Assembly: GCA_964016885.1 (NCBI GenBank)
Contig: OZ024754.1
Span: 13,020,001-13,084,000, forward strand
Reading direction: 5' to 3'
DNA from: Eledone cirrhosa
Lineage: Eukaryota
Length of the DNA: 64,000 nucleotides
The stretch's first letter is position 1. Each line of letters begins with the position of its first letter. The notes beneath the pieces were generated by a model that saw only the letters and a program-made list of their open reading frames with translations, was not told the DNA's origin and searched no databases. Positions 31,625 through 49,519 of this stretch are shown here, piece after piece. Made by a program: the position numbers and the translations under genes.

Positions 31625-31803
31625 CACTATCTCAGGAAAACTACAACCGTTAAGGTATGTTCCTTGGTTATGTCAAAATTTATAAAACACACTTTGTATT
31701 TTATCTGATGAAAGCGTACCAAAGTTTTTGGTACCCTTCAAATATATATAATAGAATAAATATGGTTTTATAAATATAGTTTCCATTTATTTAATATCAT
31801 TGT
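31625..31803 (+). mobile_element. Family B-related single arm with mutated HHR (GAAA to CAAA)
   Basis: attttat-CTGATGA-aagcgtacc/ggtaccctt-CAAA-tatatata-atagaat then aaatatggttttataaatatagtttccattt. Confidence 0.7.
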
Positions 31804-31820
31804 GTATATATTTATATTAT

Positions 31821-32002
31821 ATGGTGGATTGGCAGTATCGGTAGAGGGTCGGACGCCATGCTTTCCAGCATAGTTACGTCCCTTTACGATCTGAGTTCAA
31901 ATCCCGCCGAGGTTGACTTTGCCTTTCATCCTTACGGGGTCGATAAAATAAAGTACCAGTAATGTACTGGATAATTGCTGGCCTTGTGCCTAACGTAGAA
32001 AC

Positions 32003-32007
<5 letters not shown>
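31821..32007 (+). mobile_element. Nin-domain tRNA-SINE, full length
   Basis: A/B box-like head, Nin-like core, 3' ggccttgtgcc..agaaacaatt; near identical to 63421-63610. Confidence 0.88.
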
Positions 32008-32047
<40 letters not shown>

Positions 32048-32197
32048 TGTGTGCATGCATGTATGTACACCTGTGCATGCATGTATGTACATGTGTGTAT
32101 GCATGTATGTATGTGTGTGTATATATGTGTGGGAGAGTATTTATATAACTGGGGGTGTTTGGATTTCTTTTATACACATACATATGTATGTATATGC

Positions 32198-32238
<41 letters not shown>

Positions 32239-32626
32239 AGTGACGAAGGGTAACCTGGAAAGCAGGGCATGCAGTCCAATCGCAATGGCGGAAAGTGGGG
32301 CTGTGCAGCCTTACCCAAAATTCCATCTAAATCACCCTCCCGGTCAAAGCCGCCTGTAGTGTTATCTAGTGTGTGTGTGTGTGTTATCTTTTTATGTGTC
32401 TACAATTTAGTAAGTAGGCAAAATTTTGCTTGCCCCGAAGCTATCGTGTGTTTGTGTGTATGTGTGTGTGTTTTTGTGTGTGTGTGTGTTATCTTTTTTT
32501 GTGTCTATACGTTTTAGTAAGCAGCCAAAATTCTGCTTGCTTCAACCGACGCTATTGATCAACTGAAGGTTCTTTAACGCATGCACGGACCCTTCGCCCC
32601 TTATATATATATATACATATATATAC

Positions 32627-32659
<33 letters not shown>

Positions 32660-32718
32660 TGTATGTATGTATGTATGTATGTATGTATGTATGTATATGT
32701 GGACATATAATACATACA

Positions 32719-33066
32719 TACCTGCAACCCTGATGGTATCCAATGATGTTGACTTGTTCTTCTTTTTGGTAAATATCATCTTGGTTAAGAGAGTGGGACT
32801 GGTTTTGTGCAGTGCCTTTGCTCACTATAAAAGCTTCACGGCACAGGCATTGCTTTATATCTGGAGATCTCTCTGCACTTGTCGTCACATGGTACCATGG
32901 GCCCAGCACTATGTGTCAATAATTGTCACAAGTGTAGTGTTTGTACCAGAGTTTTCAAGTCGCTGGCTGGACTAAAACGTCACACTCGTTCACCGCATCA
33001 GTAGGAGTTCTCCTACATGGATATAAAGTAGTGGCCGTACTCGAAAACGAGTTGGCAGCCACCATA
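32719..33066 (+). mobile_element. 5'-truncated copy of RTE-related non-autonomous element
   Basis: Near-identical to ~50901-51246. Confidence 0.75.
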
Positions 33067-33150
33067 TGCGGACATAATCATATTTGCTATATTGTAGCGG
33101 CTTCCTAAATCTAACTAATTTTTCCATATTGCACAATGCTTCAAGCGAAA

Positions 33151-33331
<181 letters not shown>

Positions 33332-33600
33332 TAAAAAACGATTAATATATACTTAAATATATCCAACATTAACAGGAGATAATTTGTAAAAGGATGTAAG
33401 AAGAATATATATATATAATTCCAAAAGGCGGCATATTTGAATTGTAAATACCTGAATTTCAGTAATAATTCATATCCTCACATACATATTCTATTATTGC
33501 TTAAGAATATAGTAAATGCTAGGATTTATTCCGTAGAGCTTTCCTCACATGTGACATGGTGCTTGTCTGAAAACATTTTTTACACCTGACATCATTACTA

Positions 33601-34030
33601 CGCCGAGGTTAACTTTGCCTTTCATCCTTACGGGGTTGATAAAATAAAGTACCAGTAATATACTGGGTAATTGCTGGCCTTGTGCCTAAAATAGAAACAA
33701 TTATTATTGTTAGTAATATAAATATGCTACTAAATATGTTTTAATAGAGTTTATATGGTTGAAAGGTTCTGGCTGCTATTTCTAGCTGTTAATATACCTG
33801 TCACGTCACCGAGACAATGATAAAACGTAGTGGTTTAAACCATGTGCATTCTTTCTTCAGTCCCGGATTTGTATTTAGAGTTGTGAGTTCATTGAAATTT
33901 CATCGAGATCAACTTAACCTTTCGTTTTTTTGGAGTTGATAAAATAAAGTATCAGTCAAGTTTAGGTGTTGATTTAATAAAATTTACTCTTTCCACAAGT
34001 TTGAGGGCCTTTGTGCTCGAATGAAAAATC
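33601..34030 (+). mobile_element. Two partial/diverged Nin-domain SINEs
   Basis: Core at 33601-33705; diverged copy ~33880-34030. Confidence 0.65.
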
Positions 34031-34944
34031 AACATTATGATGCCAAGACAATTAATCACCTCGAGTACTGTATTGCTTAGGGTAAAAGATTGATAAACTT
34101 TTCACTTTATTTCAAATCTTCAAACCTTTGAATTATGAAACTATCAAAAGCAAAGAAAATCTCTATTTTTATCAATATTTTTTCAACATAACTAAATAAA
34201 TATTTGCTATATTCTAGCTTCTGTCAGAAAGTTTGATAGATTTTTTACAATAAGTTGCTGTTTGTTTATGTTTTTCATGAATGAAGAAATGATGGAAAAG
34301 AGTATCTCACCATTTGCAAAGAACAAAAACAACAATAATAACCCACAATAACAATAATATCAACAACAAAGCTAAAATGTACAAAATAGAATAAAAGTGT
34401 GAAGCGATTTATCTTAACTACGAAAAGAAAATGGAATGGCTTTGATAAATATGTATTGATTGGCAACGAATTTGTGAGTTTTAACTCTTGAATTATTATT
34501 TTCTATATATTTTCTACCCATCTAAGAGGGTGTGAGATAGAGCAAGAGTGTTAAAAAGAAAATAGATGGAAGATGGTTTGAAAAGAGGGATAAAGATAGA
34601 AAGGTGGCGGTTTAAAAAGAGAACAAGTATATTATGGAAAAGAATTGAAGTATATAGATTGTGGTGTTAAGTGGAGGAGAAAGGAAAAGAGTGTGAGAGA
34701 GAAAGAAACGCTACAAAATGGAGAGTTTGAGAAAAAGAACAAAGTAAAGAAAGGGTTATGTTGTTATGATGTTCCCTACACAGTTTTGACTACGAATTGG
34801 CACACTCGTTGGGACATCGGACGAAATGATTTGCAATAATTATTCAACATCTCTACGCACTGAGTTCAAGTCAACCCATCTATACATATATTCTTTTCCA
34901 TTTCTGCCACTGCCTATTCTCCTCTATCTTCCTATTACTTGTTT

Positions 34945-35070
34945 AATTTCTCATTCTATTTTCTGATGAAAGACTAGCGTCCGAAACATTAAGATTTTTT
35001 TTCTAATAATGTATTTCCTCATTGTACTGGGTCGTTTGGTGTGTTATTTCTGTTTGTCTTTTGCATACAT
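34945..35070 (+). mobile_element. Family E element with ultra-minimal HHR-like motif (34958-34995)
   Basis: CTGATGA-aagac-tagc-gtcc-GAAAC-ATTAAG; relatives at 40590-40626 and 60150-60186. Confidence 0.65.
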
Positions 35071-35071
35071 A

Positions 35072-35152
<81 letters not shown>

Positions 35153-35279
35153 AGAAGGAGGATAACGTTAATAAGGCTCGGAAGCAGTCAATATCATATC
35201 GCTATAGGTTTAATCACGCAAAATAATTAATTGTTAGATCACATGAAATTTATCTTATACGTGTAAGAATACACACACA

Positions 35280-35281
35280 CG

Positions 35282-35331
<50 letters not shown>

Positions 35332-35332
35332 C

Positions 35333-35393
<61 letters not shown>

Positions 35394-35395
35394 CG

Positions 35396-35435
<40 letters not shown>

Positions 35436-35443
35436 CATGTACG

Positions 35444-35475
<32 letters not shown>

Positions 35476-35604
35476 TATACATGTACGTATATATATGTAT
35501 ATATATATATATGTATATATATATATACATATATATATATACATATATATATATACATGTACGTATATATATATATATATATATATACATATATATACAT
35601 GTAC

Positions 35605-35645
<41 letters not shown>

Positions 35646-35673
35646 CATATATATATATACATGTACGTATATA

Positions 35674-35709
<36 letters not shown>

Positions 35710-35717
35710 CATGTACG

Positions 35718-35759
<42 letters not shown>

Positions 35760-35851
35760 CGTATATATATATATATACGTATATATATATATATATATAT
35801 ACGTATATATATATATATATATATATATATACGTATATATATATATATATA
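35280..35851. repeat. (TA)n array with periodic acatgtacgt cores
   Basis: Direct inspection. Confidence 0.95.
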
Positions 35852-38210
<2,359 letters not shown>

Positions 38211-38211
<1 letters not shown>

Positions 38212-38239
38212 ATATATATATACATATACGTATATATAC

Positions 38240-38272
<33 letters not shown>

Positions 38273-38474
38273 ACATATACATATACATATATATATACAT
38301 ATATATACATATACATATATATATACATATATATATATACATGTATACATATACATATATATATATACATATATACATATACATATATATATATATATAT
38401 AATATATATATATACATAACATATATATATATATATACATATACATATACATATATATATACATATACATATAC

Positions 38475-38533
<59 letters not shown>

Positions 38534-38568
38534 CATATATATATATACATATACATATATACATATAT

Positions 38569-38615
<47 letters not shown>

Positions 38616-38924
38616 CATATACATATATATATATACATATATATATATACATATATATATATACATATATATATATACATATATATATATACATATATAC
38701 ATATATATATATACATATAAATATATACATATATATATATACATATATATATATACATATATATATATACATATATATATATACATATATATATATACAT
38801 ATATATATATACATATATATATATACATATATATATATACATATATATATATACATATATATATATACATATATATATATACATATATATATATACATAT
38901 ATATATATACATATATATATATAC

Positions 38925-38961
<37 letters not shown>

Positions 38962-39074
38962 CATATATATACATATATATACATATATATATATACATAT
39001 ATATATATACATATATATATATATACATATATATATATACATATATATATATACATATATATATATACATATAC

Positions 39075-39109
<35 letters not shown>

Positions 39110-39150
39110 CATATATATACATATATATACATATATATATATACATATAC

Positions 39151-39181
<31 letters not shown>

Positions 39182-39190
39182 CATATATAC

Positions 39191-39275
<85 letters not shown>

Positions 39276-39276
39276 C

Positions 39277-39307
<31 letters not shown>

Positions 39308-39325
39308 CATATATATTATATATAC

Positions 39326-39358
<33 letters not shown>

Positions 39359-39377
39359 CATATATATATACATATAC

Positions 39378-39410
<33 letters not shown>

Positions 39411-39411
39411 C

Positions 39412-39462
<51 letters not shown>

Positions 39463-39463
39463 C

Positions 39464-39494
<31 letters not shown>

Positions 39495-39495
39495 C

Positions 39496-39546
<51 letters not shown>

Positions 39547-39606
39547 CATATATATATAATACATATATATATACATATACATATATATATATACATATAT
39601 ATATAC

Positions 39607-39637
<31 letters not shown>

Positions 39638-39638
39638 C

Positions 39639-39701
<63 letters not shown>

Positions 39702-39722
39702 CATATATATATATATACATAC

Positions 39723-39755
<33 letters not shown>

Positions 39756-39756
39756 C

Positions 39757-39827
<71 letters not shown>

Positions 39828-39923
39828 CATATATATATACATATATATATATACATATATATATATACATATATACATATATATATACATATATATATAA
39901 ACATATATACATATATAATATAC

Positions 39924-40022
<99 letters not shown>

Positions 40023-40067
40023 CATATATTTATATATATACATATATAATATATATATACATATATT

Positions 40068-40121
<54 letters not shown>

Positions 40122-40235
40122 TATACATATATATATTATATATATATATATACACATGTACGTATGTATTTATGTATGTATGTGTGTATGTGTGCGTGCA
40201 TATGTATGTGTGTATGTATATATGTATGTATGTAT
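38211..40235. repeat. 2-kb (TA)n C-interrupted microsatellite
   Basis: Direct inspection. Confidence 0.97.
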
Positions 40236-40569
40236 TCAAAAAGAAATCTGACTATATGTTTCAAATTGTTCGTAGCTAATACCAAAGATCAAAGTAGATG
40301 CCAATTATGTTATTGAATATTTGCGTGGGTTTAAAATATGTACTTCGATTGGTCTACCAAACCAGAATCATTTGATATTAGATATAAATGAAATCTGATG
40401 CAAACATCCATGAGTACGATTTCCGAAATTACTAAAGGGGCTCATATCTAAATCACAGATCCATAGTTTATTTAAATGGCTAACTGTACACACACACACA
40501 CACACACAATCATCATCATCATCATCATCCTCATCATCATCAACTTCTTTCTTTCTTTCTTTTTAATTC

Positions 40570-40680
40570 ATCTTTTATTTCACATTCTATCCTCTGATGA
40601 AGGACTAACGTCCGAAATATTAAGACTCTTTTCTGACTATGTCAGGCGTTAAACATTCGGTCATTTTCTGTTTTATGGTA
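40570..40680 (+). mobile_element. Family E element with HHR-like motif (40590-40626)
   Basis: CTGATGA-aggac-taac-gtcc-GAAAT-ATTAAG. Confidence 0.65.
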
Positions 40681-40691
40681 GCTATATGTGG

Positions 40692-41010
40692 ACATAGCAT
40701 GGCTGAATGCTTAAGGATTCTGCTTCACAATCATTAGGTCCCGGGTTCGATCCCACTCTATGGATTCTTCGGTAATTGCCATTTACCTCGTGTCTACTCA
40801 AGCCTTGTGAGTAAATCTGGGTAAATGGAAACTGTTTGTATGCTCGCCGGAGGGAATATACTTGTTATCCAAAGGGTTTTTTTTAGCCAAATTGAATCTC
40901 CCTGTTATAGGAACACGTGTCTGTGGAATGCTCAACCACGTACACGTTAATTCCATGAACAGATTCTTCCGTTGTTCAAACAACTGGAACGCTAATCACC
41001 GAAACCAATA
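40692..41010 (+). mobile_element. tRNA-headed SINE of a second family
   Basis: tggctgaatgcttaagg (A-box like), ggttcgatccc (B box), followed by ccttgtgagtaaatctgggta..ggaaactg body. Confidence 0.6.
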
Positions 41011-41461
41011 GATATTAATTCGTAGCTACAATCAGCCAACTAGACTGAGCCGATTGCAAGATAAATATCTTGTATACGAACGTAATCTAAGGCATGGGAT
41101 ATGATTCGCACCGTTGATCTCTCGGCTGCTTTCTAACTAACTTATTGAGTCGGAGATTAAATGCTATATAGATTTCTTTCCCAGCATGAAAATAGTAATT
41201 TTATATAACAAATAGATACAAAATTGTGAGTTCTCTGTACAACATGGCCGACTAAATGTAGGTGTCAATGACGTAAAGGTTGTACAACGGCAACAATGAC
41301 ACAGAGAGAATCTCTGTATATTTACTTATACAGAATCATAAAATCATAGGCGGAGACAGTTGGTGGTATGGAGATTGTTTTCTATATATCATAGTTTAAT
41401 TTATATATATATCTATTACCTAGCAGCGTGTATACATATATGTACACACGCAAACACCCAC

Positions 41462-41532
<71 letters not shown>

Positions 41533-41975
41533 AATATATATATATGTATATAAATATATATATGTATATGTATATAAATATATATATATATATATGTATA
41601 TAAATATATATATATATATATATGTATATAAATATATATATATATGTATGTATATAAATATATATATATATGTATGTATATAAATATATATATATATGTA
41701 TGTATATAAATATATATATATATGTATGTATATAAATATATATATATATGTATGTATATAAATATATATATATATGTATGTATATAAATATATATATATG
41801 TATGTATATAAATATATATATATGTATGTATGATGTATGTATGTATGTATGTATGTATGTATATATATATATGTGTATGTATATATATATATGTGTGTGT
41901 GTATGAATGCATGTATGTAAGTATATGTATATATATGTATATATATATATACACACACACACATATATATATATA

Positions 41976-42011
<36 letters not shown>

Positions 42012-42129
42012 TATATATGTATGTATGTATACCAATGAATATTTAGTGTCAGTGTATATATATATATATATGTACATACATACACACATACGTACACACA
42101 CACACGCACGCACACACACACACACACAC

Positions 42130-42176
<47 letters not shown>

Positions 42177-42193
42177 CATACATATATATATAA

Positions 42194-42240
<47 letters not shown>

Positions 42241-42921
42241 TATATATATATACATGCATATATATGTATATATATATGTGTGTGCGTGCGCGTGTGTGTG
42301 TACGTATGTGTGTATGTATGTACATATATATATATACTGACACTAAATATTCATTGGTATACATAAGTATATCTCACAACCATTGACCACTAAACTGATC
42401 TTCAACCAGAGTGACGGCAAATAAACGAGGTAAATGCCTGTTGGGTATTCACCAATTCCATATCTCTATAGCCAAGCAATCGTCTGAAGAACGTGATTTG
42501 GCTAACATAGTATCTTAACAAAGGAGGAAAACTATAGATATAGATGAAAGAGTAAATAAATATATTCTAGAATAAGTATAGAAGAATATATCTCCCGTTT
42601 CATTAAACAAAACCCACTCATAAATGCACGCGTACACACATAGATCAATTTATACATACATATATATACATGTATATACATGCCAGTTACACGAATGTAC
42701 GTAGGCATGCATACATGCATGTATGTATGATTGAATTTTGATTTTGTATTCGGTTTTAATGTCGGATAGACTAAGAATGTACAGTAATGCAGGTTTGTAT
42801 TTTCTGAATAGTATTTGTGTTGTAGTTAGACAAAACGAAGTTTCGTAGTGAGTAAGAAGTGACCGCTAATTTATTGAACGATCGATTCATCCATTTCTGC
42901 CTCTCTCTCTCTCTCTCTCTG

Positions 42922-42968
<47 letters not shown>

Positions 42969-42974
<6 letters not shown>

Positions 42975-43360
42975 GTTTGAATATGTGTAATAAGGCCAAG
43001 ACAATGCAGGTATGGACATAGAAAAAAGAATGCAATAGTGAAAGATATTGATGAGAATTCGTCTTTCACCTTGAATTTATTTAAATGTCCTTAATTTTCG
43101 AGATAATATCTCTTCTTCGGAGGGAAGTAAAGGTCTCAAACCAGCGTCTTAGACCTTTACTTCCCTCCGAAGAAGAGATATTATCTCGAAAATTAAGGAC
43201 ATTTAAATAAATTCAAGGTGAAAGACGAATTCTCATCAATATCTTTCACTATTGCATTCTTTTTTCTATGTCCATACCTTCATTGTCTTGGCCTTATTAC
43301 ACATATTCAAACGTTTATACCTCATTACACAATGCTTCAAGTGAACTATAACCTCCTCCA
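42969..43360 (+). mobile_element. Fold-back mini-element with variant HHR-like motif (43161-43200)
   Basis: ~168-bp inverted arms 42969-43136/43151-43319; CCGAAGA-agagata/tatctc-GAAA-ATTA; short tail; TA flanks. Confidence 0.78.
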
Positions 43361-43382
43361 TATATATGTATATATATATATA

Positions 43383-43440
43383 TCGTTTCTGGTGCGTGTG
43401 TTTCTTATTGGCAACATGACCCTCCCAAAGTATAACAATA
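43383..43440 (+). mobile_element. Micro-copy of family F pLTR end
   Basis: tcgtttct + ggtgcgtgtgtttcttattggcaacatgaccctcccaaagtataacaat matching 36844-36892. Confidence 0.75.
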
Positions 43441-43449
43441 TATATATAT

Positions 43450-43723
43450 ACGACTTTCCAGGGATAACTTGAACCGTTAAGGTATATTTTCCTTGTTTAT
43501 GTCAAATATTTATAAAACATTTTGTATTTTATTTGATGAAAGCGTACGAAAATAATTTGGTACCCTTGAAATATATATAGAATTGAATAAATATGGTTTT
43601 ATAAATATAGTTTCCATTTATTTAATATCATTGAATATAGACTCCAGAAATGTGTCGAGTGCTCTGAATCAGTTATAAACATTTATATTTGGTGTATTTC
43701 CAACAAATTAAATATCCCTTCTA

Positions 43724-43726
<3 letters not shown>
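43450..43726 (+). mobile_element. Family B-related arm + tail, HHR with TTGATGA variant
   Basis: Similar to 31625-31803; tail actccagaaatgtgtcgagtgc at 43641-43662. Confidence 0.75.
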
Positions 43727-43763
<37 letters not shown>

Positions 43764-43766
<3 letters not shown>

Positions 43767-44085
43767 GTGTATAATGGTAGCTATGGTGCTTCCATAGGCG
43801 GTATGCCAAAATTAGCACTCGATATTCAGCAGAGTAGAGTGAAGATAGTATAAAGAAAACGAAAAATCAGTGATGCATCTGGACTTAATTTATTGCGTGT
43901 TACAATTGTTTCGCCGGCAGGTAGCTCGATACATATCGAACGAAATACCCGTGTCTGAAAGAACTTGTAGCCGTAGAATCAGCCAGATCCATAGAGGGAC
44001 CATGTCTCGAGCTACCTGCCGGCGAAACAATTGTAACACGCAATAAATTAAGTCCAGATGCATCACTGATTTTTCGTTTTCTTTA

Positions 44086-44092
<7 letters not shown>
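43764..44092. mobile_element. Fold-back mini-PLE with variant HHR at 43950-44040
   Basis: Arms ~43845-43929/~44007-44092; cgtgt-CTGAAAGA-~60 nt-GAAA-C-AATT-G-TA^-acacg; tail on left with minus-strand ACTC..CGAGTGC. Confidence 0.75.
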
Positions 44093-44124
<32 letters not shown>

Positions 44125-44126
<2 letters not shown>

Positions 44127-44547
44127 GTAGGAGGTGAGTTTTATTGTAGTACAATAAAGCAATGCAGATATCGGATAAGAAGCACTCTACAGTTTGTAGG
44201 ACTGGAGTATACATAATATATAAGATCAAAAGATGGTTAAAGGAGTTCCATGTATTTTATTATGCGCATTTCAAAAACAAACATCATCATGCAATAATAT
44301 TTGTGTTTTCATCAGATTAAACAGGAGAACATGATATGAAGGCTAAAAAACACTTGTGGATAGTGCAGTTTTAAATCAACATATGATATGTTGATTTAAA
44401 ACTGCACTATCCACAAGTGTTTTTTAGCCTTCATATCATGTTCTCCTGTTTTATCTGATGAAAACACAAATATTTTTGCATGATGATGTTTGTTTTTGAA
44501 ATGCGCATAATAAAATACATGGAACTCCTTTAACCATCTTTTGATCT

Positions 44548-44558
<11 letters not shown>
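44125..44558 (-). mobile_element. Fold-back mini-PLE with HHR at 44448-44516 (+) and its mirror
   Basis: Arms ~44213-44384/44386-44558 (1-nt loop); gttttat-CTGATGA-stem II-GAAA-T-GCGC-A-TA^-ataaaat; left tail has minus-strand actccagtcctacaaactgtagagtgc. Confidence 0.88.
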
Positions 44559-44589
<31 letters not shown>

Positions 44590-44752
44590 TAAAACTAATA
44601 AGACTCTGTTTTTACATCGCTTTTCTTTAAATATATATATATATATATATGCGTGTGTGTGTATGTGTGGGTGTTAGTGTGTATGTGTGTATGTATGTGT
44701 GTGTATGTGTGTATATATTCATACATCTACCCCTTTACATATATACATAGAT

Positions 44753-44800
<48 letters not shown>

Positions 44801-44802
<2 letters not shown>

Positions 44803-45267
44803 TATTCAAAATATTAACAAATGAAGACATTCACATCATCAAAATATATGTTTTATTATATATATTTCGAAGGTACTGTGCGGTTTTTTCAGTACGTCCT
44901 CGTCAGATAAAATACATGAATTGATGTATGACATACCTCAACTGTCTTGATGGTTCAATTCCAGTCTTGTCAGTCAATGGTTCAACTCCAATATTGACTG
45001 CCAAGACTGGAATTGAACCATCAAGACAGTTGAGGTATGTCATACATCAATTCATGTATTTTATCTGACGAGGACGTACTGAAAAAAACCGCACAGTACA
45101 TTCGAAATATATATAATAAAACATATATTTTGATGATGTGAATGTCTTCATTTATTAATATTTTGAATAATGTTAATAACTCCAGAAAACTTCATTGTAG
45201 AGTGCTTTTAATCTATTGTAAAACTATATTCATTGAGTAATCAATGAACCATATTAATCTTTGGTTA
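44801..45267 (+). mobile_element. Fold-back mini-PLE with HHR at 45058-45122
   Basis: Arms ~44801-44978/~44993-45171; ttttat-CTGACGA-gtactg/cagtac-GAAA-T-ATAT-A-TA^-ataaaa; tail actccagaaaacttcattgtagagtgc. Confidence 0.88.
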
Positions 45268-45327
45268 TATATATATATGGATAAAAATACGTATTTATGT
45301 ATATAAATATATATATATATATGTATA

Positions 45328-45387
<60 letters not shown>

Positions 45388-45413
45388 TATATAAATATAT
45401 ATATATATATATA

Positions 45414-45666
45414 TCATGATATTAAATAAATGGAAACTATATTTATAAAACCATATTTATTTTATTATATATATTTCAAGGGCAACCAAGACACCATTGG
45501 TGCGCTTTCATCAGATAAAATACAAAGTTTGTTTTATAAATAGAGACGTACCCATGAAAATCGTACCTTCTCGGTTGGAAATTCACTGTCCAGTGAATTT
45601 CCAACCGAGAAGGTACCATTTGATGAAAGCGCACCAATGGTGTCTTGGTTGCCCTTGAAATATATG
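45414..45666 (-). mobile_element. Family B-related fold-back with HHR at 45459-45521 (-); right arm internally deleted
   Basis: Minus: attttat-CTGATGA-aagcgcaccaa/ttggttgccctt-GAAA-T-ATAT-A-TA^-ataaaat; hairpin centre cactg-tc-cagtg at ~45585-45596. Confidence 0.82.
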
Positions 45667-46339
45667 TAAAGAAAATAAACCGAATACTCTGATGGTTCGA
45701 TAATCTTTAAGATTTTCCTCGATGAAGCATTAAAAATGCAGGTTTTCACCTAATGCGGGCCCTAAGGGATCAAGAAGATTAATTTTTTTATGTGCATAAC
45801 ACTGCCTGAAACATAACGCGGGCCGCCAACAGACCTAATCGCGAGAAAATTACATGCCTGGACAATATGTAAAGAAAATAAACCGAATACTCTGATGCAA
45901 TTAGTATTAGGTATGCTTCTCCTTCCACGTGTAGAACTTTTGTTCTCGTAAAGACACGTAAGTAACCAGCACTGTGAAAACTGAAGCTATTATAGCGATG
46001 TTTTTCTTTACCGGCTTTAATTTTTAGTGTTGTGTGAAATATATAACCGCCTTAGCTAAGATTAGTATTGCCACAACCTCGGCTGGCAAAGAAGTAAGGG
46101 TCTGGTGGTAGGTAAGTAAGCAACACTGTGGCTTAAAACGGAGGCAGCAGACAGCTAGACATACACACAGATATTATAGGGCCGCGTTCAGGACGCAGAG
46201 TGAATTGTAGGAAGTGGGGTAATGCAGACACCCAGACATACAGACAGATATTATAAGGGCACGCCGTTATATGTATGTATCTATCTAAAAAGAGAAAGAC
46301 TAAGAATTATAGAGAGAGATCGCTGAATCGCCTAATGCT

Positions 46340-46489
46340 GTCCCTAGAACATTGAAAATTTGAAATTGATTTTGCACAGAACACTCCCTAAAACGTAGGT
46401 GTTACATGTGTAAAGTTTGAAAACAGTCCGTTGGGTGGTTCTCAAGTTTTAGGGATTCAAACTCACATACACACAGACAGATATCCTCA

Positions 46490-46497
<8 letters not shown>
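46340..46497 (+). mobile_element. Possible non-autonomous Helitron/Helentron-like (DINE/HINE-type) 3' portion
   Basis: tgtaaagtttgaaaa..ccgttgggtggttctcaagtt..acagacaga..cagttttatatata resembles the HINE-type end architecture; recognised by resemblance only. Confidence 0.4.
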
Positions 46498-46561
<64 letters not shown>

Positions 46562-46794
46562 AAAGAATAGAGGTGTAACACACAAGTTATTATATATTGG
46601 TAAACGGAATAGAAATTGCTGACAAATTGTTCACAGTTGAAAAATGGTTTAATTAGGAATAAAAGAGTATTAGTGATTGTATGGGTTAGTATTCAGTTGT
46701 GGTTTTAAGTTTTTAAGTTTTTACCGGTTGCGCATTTCTAAATGCTTTTCAAAAATAATTTTGAGATAGAGTGTCCGTGCTGTTTGCTCTGTAA

Positions 46795-48095
<1,301 letters not shown>

Positions 48096-48231
48096 TATAT
48101 ATATATAAATATGTATATATATAAATATATATATATATATATAAATATATAAATATATTAAAACTTTTATACTCTGCTATGTATTGAGTACCTTACTTAC
48201 TGTGGTTACCTCCGATTCAACCAGGAATAAC

Positions 48232-48265
<34 letters not shown>

Positions 48266-48267
<2 letters not shown>

Positions 48268-48444
48268 CGAAGGAAATGTGGTAACGAACCAGGTGGACCA
48301 TAACGCACCAAAGTACTCAATACTTAGGGTAGTAGAGTGGGTAATAGGAACCAGTATGACCCCGACGGGTGAGCTCAAGCCGTTTCGACGTCCAGAATTA
48401 GCCGTCGAAACGGCTTGAGCTCAGCCGTCGGGGTCTTACTGGTT

Positions 48445-48448
<4 letters not shown>
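48266..48448 (-). mobile_element. Family D micro fold-back element
   Basis: Tail 48266-48345 then arms ~48345-48390/~48403-48448. Confidence 0.8.
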
Positions 48449-48490
<42 letters not shown>

Positions 48491-48555
48491 TATTATGGAA
48501 TACTGTTGGCTTTTCGCTACAATGTTTTCTATACTTTTCATTTATATATAAATAT

Positions 48556-48647
<92 letters not shown>

Positions 48648-49103
48648 ACATACACAGACAAAATATGTTTTATTCTACACAAGTAGAAATGTAAATACAT
48701 AAAATACATTTAAGGTCTTTGAACAATTTTTTTTTTATCTCATAACTCAAAAAATGCAATATGACGAAACTTACTATATTGAATCACGGGTTTACCGGAA
48801 ATGAGATTTTGAATGTAAACCCGACATGCTCTATAACCTCCGGAAAATCCACAAGAGCGAAACAATAAATGATTCGTTTAGAGAATTCACTTCAATATTT
48901 ATCGGCATACAACACCCAACTGTCTCATTTCATGTCGTAAATATCTATACTACGATTTCACATAAATATGAATTAGAATTAGAAAGAACGGAATTGTGAC
49001 TAGAGAAATTTCCAGACGATCTAACCGATCGAATTGAGAAGACATTCTCTCCATACAAAACAATTAATAATTATTTCACTTTCAATGACAGCATTTAAAG
49101 AGG

Positions 49104-49165
<62 letters not shown>

Positions 49166-49167
<2 letters not shown>

Positions 49168-49366
49168 GGAAAATGTATGACACTGACGGCAGAGCTCAAG
49201 ATATTTCGACGGCTATTTCTGGACTATTTAGTCCAGAAATAGTCGTCGAAACGGCTTGAGCTCTGCTGTTGGGGTCATACATTTTCCTATTACCCACTCT
49301 ACTACCCTAAGTATTGAGTACTCTGGTGCGTTATGGTCCATCTGGTTCCTTACCACATTTCCTTCG

Positions 49367-49369
<3 letters not shown>
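49166..49369 (+). mobile_element. Family D micro fold-back element
   Basis: Arms ~49166-49225/~49229-49289 plus tail; further family D fragments at ~14955-15098, 49445-49505, 55408-55470, 58205-58265, 59443-59548. Confidence 0.8.
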
Positions 49370-49440
<71 letters not shown>

Positions 49441-49519
49441 AAAACAAAGAGGGTCTAGTTGTCGAAACGGCCGGAGCTCAGCTATCGGGTTCCTGAAACT
49501 TTTCATATATATATATATA

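Noticed and set aside
32240-32602. Short TIR-like match (cgaagggt/acccttcg) around an internally duplicated segment
   Set aside because: Only 8 bp, single copy in the window, no clear TSD; insufficient to call an element.
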